DNA from: Dendrobates tinctorius
Lineage: Eukaryota
DNA length: 64,000 nucleotides
Direction: 5' to 3'
Assembly (NCBI RefSeq): GCF_039654945.1
Contig: NW_027361962.1
Span: forward strand, 62,001 to 126,000
Numbering within the stretch: position 1 is the stretch's first letter; each line of letters opens with the position of its first letter. Shown piece by piece: positions 33,601 to 45,600 of this stretch. Position numbers and translations under genes: made by a program. The notes beneath the pieces were generated by a model. That model saw only the letters and a program-made list of their open reading frames with translations. It did not search any database and had not been told where the DNA came from.

Positions 33601-36600
33601 ACAGGATGCAGATATGCAATTATCAACACCTTCCGGGGTCACCTCCATAACATGTAGACCATTTTGTAATTACAGATCCTAACTTATATCTTGTAACTCC
33701 AATGCTACCCCAGAGCTGCACTCACTATTCTGCTGGTGCAGTCACTGTGTACATACATTACTGATCCTGAGTTACATCCTGTATTATACTCCAGAGCTGC
33801 ACTCACTATTCTGCTGGTGCCGTCACTGTGTACATAATTACATTACTGATCCTGAGTTACCTCCTGCATTACACTCACTATTCTGCTGGTGCAGTCACTG
33901 TGTACATACATTACATTACTGATCCTAAGTTACATCCTGCATTATACTCCAGAGCTGCACTCACTATTCTGCTGGTGCAGTCACTGTGTACATACATTAC
34001 ATTACTGATCCTGCGTTACATCCTGCATTATACTCCAGAGCTGCACTCACTATTCTGCTGGTGCAGTCACTGTGTACATACATTACATTACTGATCCTGA
34101 GTTACCTCCTGTATTATACCCCAGAGCTGCACTCACTATTCTGCTGGTGCAGTCACTGTGTACATACATTACATTACTGATCCTGAAGTTACACCCTGTA
34201 TTATACTCCAGAGCTGCACTCACTATTCTGCTGGTACAGTCACTGTGTACATACATTACATTACTGATCCTGAGTTACATCCTGCATTATACCCCAGAGC
34301 TGCACTCACTATTCTGCTGGTGCAGTCACTGTGTACATACATTACATTACTGATCCTGAGTTACACGCTGTATTATACTCCAGAGCTGCACTCACTATTC
34401 TGCTGGTGCAGTCACTGTGTACATACATTACATTACTGATCCTGAGTTACCTCCTGTATTATACCCCAGAGCTGCACTCACTATTCTGCTGGTGCAGTCA
34501 CTGTGTACATACATTACATTACTGATCATGAGTTACACCCTGTATTATACTCCAGAGCTGCACTCACTATTCTGCTGGTGCAGTCACTGTGTACATACAT
34601 TAAATTCCTGATCCTGTGTTACATCCTGTATTATACCCCAGAGCTGCACTCACTATTCTGCTGGTGCAGTCACTGTGTACATACATTACATTCCTGATCC
34701 TGAGTTACATCCTGTATTATACCCCTCAGCTGTACTCACTATTCTGCTGTACAGTCACTGTGTACATACATTACTGATCCTGAGTTACATCCTGCATTAT
34801 ACTGCAGAGCTGCACTCACTATTCTGCTGGTGCAGTCACTGTGTACATACATTACATTACTGATCCTGAGTTACCTCCTGTATTATACTCCAGAGCTGCA
34901 CTCACTATTCTGCTGGTGCAGTCACTGTGTACATACATTACATTACTGATCCTGAGTTACATCCTGTATTATACCCCAGAGCTGCACTCACTATTCTGCT
35001 GGTGCAGTCACTGTGTACATACATTACTGATCCTGAGTTACATCCTGTATTATACTCCAGAGCTGCACTCACCATTCTGCTGGTGCTGTCACTGTGTGCA
35101 TACATTACATTACTGATTCTGAGTTACATCCTGTATTATATTCCAGAGCTGCACTCACTATTCTGCTGGGGCAGTCACTGTGTGCATACATTACATTACT
35201 GATCCCGAGTTACATCCTGTATTACACTCCAGAGCTGCACTCACTATTCTGCTGGTGTAGTCACTGTGTGCATACATTACTGATCCTGAGTTACATTCTG
35301 TATTATACTCCAGAGCTGCACTCACTATTCTGCTGGTGCAGTCAGTGTACATACATTACTGATCCTGAGTTACATCCTGTATTATACTCCAGAGCTGCAC
35401 TCACTATTCTGCTGGTGCAGTCACTGTGTACATACATTACATTACTGATCCTGAGTTACATCCTGTATTATACTCCAGAGCTGCACTCACTATTCTGCTG
35501 GTGCAGTCACTGTGTACATACATTACATTACTGATCCTGAGTTACATCCTGTATTATACTCCAGAGCTGCACTCACTATTCTGCTGGTGCAGTCACTGTG
35601 TACATACATTACATACTGATCCTGAGTTACATCCTGTATTATACCCCAGAGCTGCACTCACTATTCTGCTGGTGCAGTCACTGTGTACATACATTACATT
35701 ACTGATCCTGAGTTACATCCTGTATTATACTCCAGAGCTGCACTCACTATTCTGCTGGTGCAGTCACTGTGTACATACATTACATTACTGATCCTGAGTT
35801 ACATCCTGTATTATACCCCAGAGCTGCACTCACTGTTCTTTAGATCACACCCCGTTTATCCCCAATCATTCTTTTGTTACCTGTCTCACGTGTTTTCGCG
35901 GTGGTCCTGAGGTTATATACTCGTCTCTGATCCACTTCTGTGCGGAGAGTTACATCATGTAACCCATAGCCGTTACCTTCCTGTGTTATGGACGCCTGCC
36001 TTCCTTCAGCCACAGTCTCCGCTTTCTTTCCGCCTTCTTCCATCTTTGGATTTTCTGCAGACGTCTTGCAGCTCACTTCTTTCTCCAGAAACGTCTCTTT
36101 TACACCTTTGGTCCCATTACTTTGAGGGTTTTTATCAGAACTAGTTTCCAGCTGCTTGGATATGTGGTTAAAAGCAGAAGAGACAGACGCAGGACACGAT
36201 TTCCTACCTCGCATGGACCTTCCGGAGCTTGTAGGGGTGCCAGTGACCTGCAGCGATGGAGTAGAGGAGGTGCTGGCCCGACGTGACCTACCTCTTGTCC
36301 CCTTCCTGGCCATGCCCCCCAGTTGGCTATTGATAACGGCTTCTAGGTCCACCTTTCTTTGGCAGCTGGTCATACGCCGGGTCGTTCTAACATAATATTC
36401 CACTGGGAATAAAAGCCCTTCCACCAACGTGCAAGAATCAAGTGGGCTACACTTTTCCTCTACCGGAGGGGACTCTCCAAGGTGGTTAAGTGTTGTCATT
36501 GAGTGGCTGTCAGCACAGAGGGGGGATGAAGACGACGTCTCCACCACCCGTGCCAGGGCAGAGAGATCACAGGTAGCATCCAATATGGGCTCCGGACACG

Positions 36601-39600
36601 CTCCTCCACCCGTCTGCTGGGGCTTATCTGTATCGCTGGGTGCTGGATTCTTACCCGTTTGCATATTGTTACTTTTGGTACTAGCTGGAGAATGGTTTGT
36701 GGGTCCTTCCTGTCCTGTATCTAGTACAGCCTTCTCCTCGGGATATAAATCTTCTATATTCTCTGAAAAAGACTTTATATTAGTAGGAAAATCCTCCGTA
36801 AGGCACTTCTTAAACACAGGTGAGGCCGGAGCAATTGTGTCCTCCATGATATCACGCTGCTGTACAAAGCCATTCGCATGAAGGTCATTCTCACACTCGT
36901 GAGACACTTGGACACGTCTTGACATAGAATTAAAAGTGGTTGTGTTCATCTTTAGGGGTCCATCTTCATTAAGGCACAGTGCCGAGTCCCTTGTGCTCAC
37001 GACCTCTTTATGACTATGCTGTCCTTCTGGACTACTAGTGGCCATGGACTCTGTGCACACCCGCCTTGCAGATTTGTTTAATCTCAGCCGACTTCTCTTG
37101 CCATGGTTTGGATTGGACGATCCGCCCGCCTCCGTCTTGCTCGCTGCGCTTGGCTCTTGACCGCTACTTTCGCTTCCAGAACAGGATGAGGACGTCTTGT
37201 CACCCTGGAGGATTTCTGGATCCAAGTTGAAGCTGACGGACGGCTTCCTCTCCTTCTCTGCTAACGGCGGGTCAACGCTTTGTGTTGACTCGGTGACTTT
37301 TCCAGTAACGTTACTGACGTCAGTGTGTGGACCTAGAAAATGACAGATTCTGTCTGTTCATTGGAAAAACAGAACATTTAAAGGAAATTTTGAATTCTAC
37401 AAAAAATAGCAATGTAGGAAAAAGTTACCAAAACTTTCTAATTTTTTTTTAAGTTTTGAAACTTTACATAATTCTTAAGATCTCTTTTGTTGTCAGTGAC
37501 TGGAAACATTCATAATTTACTTTCAGAGGCAGGAAACCTGACCTAGCTCTACTTCTGAAGCTTCTGCAGCTGAAGGTTTGAAGTAAGTCACTGCTGTCAA
37601 GGACAAGACAGGTGTCCACACAGCTCAGATGAATGGCGGCCGAACATTGCAGGGTGGTTTGCTGACTGTTGCCTGATATCCAACTAGAAAAAATAAAGAC
37701 GCGCACTCGTGCTGTAGGAGGAGGTGCTGACTGAACGTGGATATACCACAGGTAAAAGTCAACGGGTAGACAGTCGCACTCATGTTTGGAATCTGATCTC
37801 TGTTTGCGGTGTTTTTTCACTTTTTTTGATTAATTGATTAATGACTCTGATGCAAGTGACATTCAATTTTGAGTGCGACTGTCTACCCGTTGACTGTTCC
37901 CTGATATCCAACGCCAGGTGGATAGAAAGAAAGGTCGGACATACTGGATGTAAACTGGGGTAAGCTGCAACCAGACATGTCAGGCAGGCGCTTATTCCCC
38001 TCCATGAATATGGAACATGTGCACACTCGGCTGAGCTGTGCATGCATGTGGTCCAGGAGTATTTATAGACTAACGGATTCGGTCATGGTGAAATGCTACT
38101 CTCCTCATACAGAATATGCAATAGGGTAACTAGCAAATGCCCAAATTTTAAAAGGAGTCTCCTTAACAGAGATGATTTTGCCTGGACTGATACACTGCAA
38201 CAACCTCCCAGCAGTGTAAATAGCATTAGGTCAGTATGGACTCCTGTTTTCAGACCGTCACAATCCATCTAATGTGTACAGATCACCAACCTGATAGTAT
38301 AGACACACTGTCTTGTTTGGTGGACAGTTCCTGACTTAACAACCGGTTTTGCTCCTCTATCGTCTTCTTGATGTGCGTCTTCACCCTCTCGGCTCTCTGG
38401 GATCTCTAGAAAGGCACAAAAACAAAAAGCTGAGCGCTCCTGTAGCGGCTTATCTCTTCAAGACTAGGATTGGCAGCTCGACATCAGACATGTCGGAACC
38501 TTCTGTCCCCCAATATCATCTATCGGGGGGATAACCGGGAGGCATCCATACACATTAGACTGTAATGTGAACTCATTGATATTGGCGAGTTCGACCGACA
38601 AATGTATGGACACAAGCACGCACACAGGCCCATATCATCGACAGCCTAATGCATACCTGCAAACGATGAAAGGTCTTCTTGTATTCTTTCTTCAGCAATG
38701 CGAGTCTTTCCTTTAGCTGGGGGAAAAAAAAATGGAGTTGTAATTTTTCAGAGTATCCAGATGCAATTTAATGAGGGCACATGCATTCACTGTCTTATGG
38801 ATGTGGGCATGAATTAGTGGAACATTTGCATATGTAAAGGAAAAAAGTGACACTCATCATCCCGTAAAAAAGTTTATTATAGATGCATTAAAAACTTGGT
38901 TGCAGGGGGACGTGGGCAGCGATGTGGACCAACTTGTCGGTGCAAAGCAAAACGTCTGTCATCCACAGTGCTACTCACACTTTTAATGTATCTATAATAA
39001 ACAAACTTCTTTTATGGAATGGACAGCGCCATTATTTTTTCCTATCTCACCAAAGTCATCCATATTAATTCTTTTGCCAAAGTTGAGCACCACAATATCC
39101 CAATGGTCACATAATGCATCCTAGCTGTTTTACAGTGAGGTGCTAAGAAAGGCATTTGTGTAACATATGTTTGCAATGAAGCCCACAAAACAAAATCAGG
39201 AGGCGATCGCACAGGAGGTGCAAGGAATTATTACAAGTTTACCTATCACATTTTCTTTTTTTATAATATGCTCTTCCTTCATACAAGTGGAAGTCTGGGT
39301 CTAGAGACCCCCGATGACTGATCAAAAAACTACACTGAAGCATAAGCTCAGACTCATACAGTGGGGAAAAACAGGATTTTTTGGGTTGCTTACCGTAAAA
39401 TCTGTCTCTCGGAGCCTTCATTGGGGGACACAGAGACCATGGGTGTACGCTGCTGCCACTAGGAAGCTGACACTATGCACAAAAAAGGTTAGCTCCTCCT
39501 CCGCCGTATACACCCCACCGACCGGCAGGAAATTCCTCAGTTAGTGAGAAAGCAGTAGGAGAAGTAACGGAATAGATTGAAAACAGAACGAACAACTCAA

Positions 39601-42600
39601 CTGTAACCAATCGACAAACATAAGAACAGGAGTTGTAGAACATGGGAGGGTGCTGTGTCCCCCAATGAAGGCTCCGAGAAACAGATTTTACGGTAAGCAA
39701 CCCAAAAAATCCTGTTTTCTCATTCGCCTTATTGGGGGACACAGAGACCATGGGACGTCCCAAAGCAGTCCCTGGGGTGGGAAACAAACTTCCATCAGGC
39801 CAGTGGACTCACCACCGCGGCCTGCAGAATCCTTCTACCTAGGCTGGCGTCTGCCGAAGCGTAGGTGTGGACCCTGTAGAATTTCACAAAAGTGTGAACC
39901 GAAGACCACGTTGCAGCTTTGCAAAGCTGCAGCGCGGAAGCTCTGTGGCGCACCGCCCAGGAGGCACCCACCGCCCGGGTAGAGTGCGCTCTGATCCCTG
40001 AAGGAGCTGCACGATGCTTGACCCGGTATGCCTCCAAAATTGCCGATCTGATCCAGCGAGCAATAGTGACCTTTCCTTGCACCGTCTCGAATGATAAACA
40101 GAGAGTCTGACTTCCGCAAGGAAGATGTCCTGGCTAGATAGACTCTCAATGCCCTGACCAGGTCCAGCTTGTTCAAGGATCGCTCCCGAGGATGAGCTGG
40201 GCTCGGGCAGAAGGATGGCAGAACAATGTCCTCATTGAGGTGAAACGAAGATACCACCTTTGGAAGTAAAGAGGGCGGAGGCCGCAGAACTACCTTGTCC
40301 TGATGAAGTGCCAAAAAGGGAGAGCGGCAAGAAAGGGCCGCTAATTCTGACACACGTCGGATGGAAGTAATGGCCACCAGAAAGGCCACCTTCCAAGAAA
40401 GGAGGGCAAGGGAAACATCCCTGAGAGGTTCAAAAGGAGGACCTTGCAGAACCCCAAGAACGAAATTAAGATCCCAAGGATCCACGGGCGCTCGGTACGG
40501 AGGAACCGTGTGAGCCACACCCTGAAGAAAGGTTTTGACCTGGGGCCGGGAGGCCAGCGTCTTCTGAAATAAAATGGACAGTGCCGAAACTTGACCCTTC
40601 AAGGAACTGAGAGCAAGCCCCGCATCCAGCCCTGTCTGAAGAAACGCCAGAACAGAAGGAAGCGAAAAAACCATGGCCGCGATGTCAATGGCCTCACACC
40701 AGGAGAAATAGGCTTTCCAAGTACGGTAATAGATCTTGGAAGAGGAAGGCTTTCTGGCGCGGATCATGGTATGAATCACTCGGTCAGAGAATCCTGCCCG
40801 TTTCAAAACCTCGGTCTCAACAGCCACGCCGTCAAATTGAGCGACCGAGAATTGGGGTGGCAAATCGGGCCTTGCGACAGCAGATCTGCCCTGTCGGGAA
40901 GCTTCCAGGGGGCGTCCGCGAGAAGGTTGACAATGTCCGCGAACCAAGACCTTCTGGGCCAATTCGGGGCGATGAGGACGACTGGAATCCCTACTGCCTT
41001 GATTTTCTTCAACAGCTTGGGAAGAAGAGGCAGGGGAGGGAACAGGTAGGGGAGCTCGAACTGTGACCAAGGAACGGCCAGAGCGTCGGCGCCCACTGCC
41101 AGGGGGTCCCGAGACCTGGACACGAATTGTGGTACCTTCCTTTTGAGGCGAGACGCCATGAGGTCTACGTCCGGGGTTCCCCACCGACGGCAGAGCAGAT
41201 GAAACACCTCCGGATGTAGGGACCATTCCCCTGCCGCGAGACCCTCGCGGCTTAGAAAATCGGCGGCCCAGTTTTCCACGCCGGGAATGTGAACCGCGGA
41301 AATTGTTGGAACAAAGGTCTCTGCCCATTGAAGAATTCTGGACACTTCCGCCAGGGCTGAGACACTCCGTGTCCCCCCTTGTCGGTTGATATACGCCACC
41401 GCTGTGGCATTGTCTGTTTGAATCCTGACAGGCAGGCCCTTGAGGAGGCGCCGTTCCCAGTGGACGAGAGCCAGAAGGATCGCTCGTATCTCTAGGACAT
41501 TGATCTGCAGAGCTGATTCCTGAGTCGACCATCGACCCTGAACAGTGTGATTGCGGAACACTGCACCCCAGCCGATGAGGCTGGCGTCCTTTGTGCCAAT
41601 CTGGGAAGAAAGGACCGCCCCGAGAGAATGAGGGGAGACGTCAACCACCAGTTGAGAGACCGCTTGATCCGGCATGAAAGACGAACCGGACGATCCAGAG
41701 ACAGAGCCGACCTGTTCCACCTGGACAAAATGGCCTGCTGGAGGGGCCTGGCGTGAAACTGGGCAAAGGGAACTGCCTCTATTGCTGCCACCATCTTCCC
41801 CAGAATCCTCATGGCTGTCCTGAGAGATGAAAACCGTGCGATCTGTAGTGATCGGACGCCCTGCTGCAGGGAAAGAATCTTGCCTTGTGGGAGAAATACC
41901 CTTGACCGACGAGTGTCGAAAAGAAGGCCCAGAAACACAAGGCGTTGAGTAGGGATCAGACAGGACTTTTTCCGGTTGACGATCCACCCAAAACTGGACA
42001 GGGTGTCTAGAACGATCGCCACACTTAGGCGGGCCTGATGAAAGGAGGGAGCCTTGATCAGAATATCGTCGAGATACGGAAAAAGAACAAGACCTCTGAT
42101 CCTCAACAAGGCCATCAACGCCGCCATAATCTTCGTGAAGACCCTGGGAGCGGTGGCGAGCCCAAAAGGGAGCGTGACGAACTGATAATGTTGGTGGTGA
42201 ATCGCAAACCACAGGAACTTCGGATGTCCGGGAAATATGGGCACGTGTAGATAGGCATCTTGGATGTCTATGGAACACATGAATTCCTGCTCCTTCATGG
42301 AGGCTATCACCGAGCGAACCGACTCCATCCGGAAGTGGCGGAGGCGAACTCTCTTGTTGAGTAACTTGAGATCCAAGATGGGTCGAACCGCCCCGTCCTT
42401 TTTCGGCACCACAAACAGGTTTGAATAAAACCCTGTGAATCGTTCCGATTCGGGAACGAGCACAATCACCCCGGAGCTGAGGAGAGAGGCGATGGCCGAA
42501 CCGAACCCCGGGATCAAGGCAGGATCCCGTGGCGGACGGGATGGAAGAAGCGATCCCGTGGAAGAGAAACGAACTCTATTTTGTATCCTGTCGATACAAC

Positions 42601-45600
42601 CTCTCTGACCCAAGCGTCCTCTACTGAGGCGAACCAGACGTCGCTGAAGAAAAGAAGTCGACCTCCCAATTGGAAGGGACCCACGGAAGACCGATGATAG
42701 TCATGCGGACGTAGACCGTCCAGATCTAGATCTGGGTGGTCTTCCCTGGGAAGAGTGGGACCGCCAGGACGGAGTGGGCCTGAAGGAGACCTTCTTTCTT
42801 TCCTGACGTGCTTGTGGCCTTTGCTGGTTGGAAGGGTTTTCCGCCGCATTGAAACGGCGGAAAGACCGAAAGGGACGGAACTGACGCCTTGGAGGAGGTC
42901 TGCGAGGCTTGGATTGGGGGAGAAGAGAACTCGTACCTCTGGTAGCGTCCTTAATAATCTGGCCCAATTGGGACCCAAAGAGACGCACTCCTTGAAAAGG
43001 CAGATTAGTCAGACTTTTTAGAGGACAAGTCCGCCTGCCAGGCCTTGAGCCAAATTGTACGTCGGATTGCCACGATGTTGCTTGACGCCTGAACCGCGCA
43101 AGATGCGGCATCCAAGGAAGCAGAAAGCAGATAATGCCCCGCATGGGAAATCTGATTGGCGATATCGGCCAAATGCTCCGGTTGTGCCTTATCCAGAATG
43201 CCCTGCCGAAGGTCCTCTGCCCAAGCGGATATAGCCTTTGCTGCCCAAGATGAAGCAAAGAGTGGACATACCGCCGCAGATGCCGCCTCGAAGGCAGACT
43301 TTGCTCGGGATTCTATGATTCTGTCATTAGAATCTTTTAGAGACGCTACACCCGACAGCGGAAGAACAGTATTATTAGAGAGTCTGGATACGGGAGGGTC
43401 CACTGAAGGAGAAGCGGCCCAGTTGTCCGTGAGCTCTTTAGCGAACGGATACAGCACGCCGAGACGCTTTCCTCTTTGAAAGCGTCTAGTCGGATCTTCC
43501 CTTTCCTTGGTAAAAATCTTCCCAAACTCGGAATGAAAGGGAAACACCCTGGAAGGTGTTTCCGCCCGTCTGAACGAAACCTCCTGATCTGAGGATTTCG
43601 CAGGGGCGTCAGTGATGTCGAAGGTATGGTGAATCGCGGCAATGAGGTTCTGCACCGTAACCTTCATGTTCGCATCCTGATCCGAATCCAGCTCTAAGAC
43701 CCCTTCAGATTCCGAAAGCGCTTCACCTGACTCGGGAGAGGAGGCCCGAGAGGGAGACTGCTGGGGAGTATGGGGTGAGGTAGGGCGAGGAGAGGACTCC
43801 GCCTGGAGATCCTGCCTGGGTCTCTTGCGACTGACACTGGCTGGCTCAGATGGGACGTCCTGGGACGTGCTAGGTCCCGCAGAAGCTCCCAAGGGCAACT
43901 TATCCAGAACGGCTACTAGGGACTGAGACACCTTGGTGAGGTCTGCCACCGACTGTGATAGGGAGGAGGCCCAACCCGGCAAGGGGGGCTCACTCACCCC
44001 TGGGGCTATGGATGGCTCCTGAGCGGCGTCGGGCTGGATTGGATTGCTACAGTCCAGGCAGAGGGGAGAGGACTGACCCCTGAGGTCGTGCCGGAAGGTT
44101 GGGGGACAGAGGGCGGAGAAGGGTCAGTCTGCCGTGCAGAGCTACTCACGGTCCGGTGTCCCCAAAAGCGATGCTGCTCGACCTGTCCGGGGATGCAGAT
44201 CAGGGAGAAGTCCGGCTGGCCGTCCCAAAGAGGCAAAAAGCTGCTTGCAGAAACTGCTCAGGGGCTGGGGAGCGTCTCCAGCTGCGTCCGGCTGGCAGGC
44301 TGTGAAGATGGCGCCTGCCTGTAGAAAAGCGCGGGTCCCGGGGAAGGGGAAGGGCGGAGCTCCTCGCAGGGTTAATAATTGCTGCCCTCTAGCCATAATA
44401 TGCTGGGCAGGAGAGGGAAAGGTGGGGGGAGGGCCTGGAGAGAGCGGGAGAGAAGCCCGCTTAGAAGAAAGGGGCGGGGGGCGTGGCCGCGACGCTGCGG
44501 TAGGCCCGAACACAAGCCGGGGCCTAAATTAGTTGCGGCGGCCGCCTGTCAGCAGGGGGTCGGCGCAGAAGACGCGTCGCAACACCGGGCCGCGTCCCTG
44601 CCCAGAACTGCCCGACTCCAGCGCTACCCCTGCCGAGATGGAAAAAAGGGGGGGGAAGCGCAGAACGAGGCCCGTGAAGACCCGGGGCCTGCATGGATGC
44701 GGTGACCGTGGGGGGATGCGGAGCGTGCAAGGACCCTAACGTGGTCCCCCTGGCGACCGCTCCAAGAGAAAATGCCGGGGGAAGACTGACATACTCACCC
44801 AAGGCAGGGGGCCTTACAATAAAGGTACCTGAAAATCCCACGCTGTCTGTCTCTATGAAATCCGCGCCTCATCCAACCTTCAGGCTCTGGTAGGCGAGAG
44901 GGTGGGAGGCGGGGGGCAAGGACCGTCCGTGCGGCTGGCACCTACTTGTGCGAGGCTCCTGGTCCTGCTGCGGAGACCTATGAGGATACGGGGTGGCAGT
45001 ACACGCCGTACTCATAGTCTCTTTGTGGGAGTACGGATGTGATTGTTCACTCCGTATCCCTCCGGAACCTGCAAAGAAACGACGCACACTGAGGTAGATA
45101 TGGGTCTAATAAAAGACCCGTGTCCACCTCCTACTGACACTAAGCTAAACTGAGGAATTTCCTGCCGGTCGGTGGGGTGTATACGGCGGAGGAGGAGCTA
45201 ACCTTTTTTGTGCATAGTGTCAGCCTCCTAGTGGCAGCAGCATACACCCATGGTCTCTGTGTCCCCCAATAAGGCGAACGAGAAATAAGTATAGTTCTTG
45301 ACCATGTTTGTCGGCAGTGTATCAAATACTTATTTTACCCACTGTAGCTATATATATGTATACCAGTTATATGTGTAAAGGGGTTGCCTTAACTTCTGAA
45401 ACAGAAAAAAAATGAAAACTACTTGTAAAAACAAAGCAACTTTGCAATTTAGCTTTTATTAAAAATCCTCTCACTTCTCAAAAATGGAGGGCTTTTTAAT
45501 TGTATAGGTTACTGCTCGTTGCCTAGGTTACTGGCCACCTCTGCAGTCTATTAGTCTCTACCGGTTTCCTAGGCAAAGAGCGTTTGGTTGAAAGCTATTT

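Larger units (their letters stand above)
39368..45285 (-). mobile_element. DIRS1-type tyrosine-recombinase retrotransposon, near full length, frameshifted
   Basis: Inverted terminal repeats at about 45130-45285 and 39368-39545. Internal complementary region at about 39650-39765 joins both termini. TTT termini with no TSD. Overlapping gag, RT, RNase H-MT and YR ORFs. Confidence 0.95.
39359..45344. mobile_element. About 70-bp Tc1-like TIR-only remnant, split by the DIRS insertion
   Basis: Removing the DIRS gives TA|CAGTGGGGAAAATAAGTAT...ATACTTATTTTACCCACTG|TA. Confidence 0.7.

Noticed and set aside
33706-35834. CRISPR-like regular array, and repeated ORFs such as [11 protein letters not shown]...
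   Set aside because: The units are contiguous near-identical repeats with no unique spacers, in a eukaryotic intron. The ORFs are translation artefacts of the satellite.
44180-44800. Possible spliceosomal intron in the DIRS 5'/gag region (GG|GTGAGT near 44795, pyrimidine tract plus CAG near 44183)
   Set aside because: I could not build a continuous spliced frame into gag by eye. It would need transcript data or an intact family consensus.
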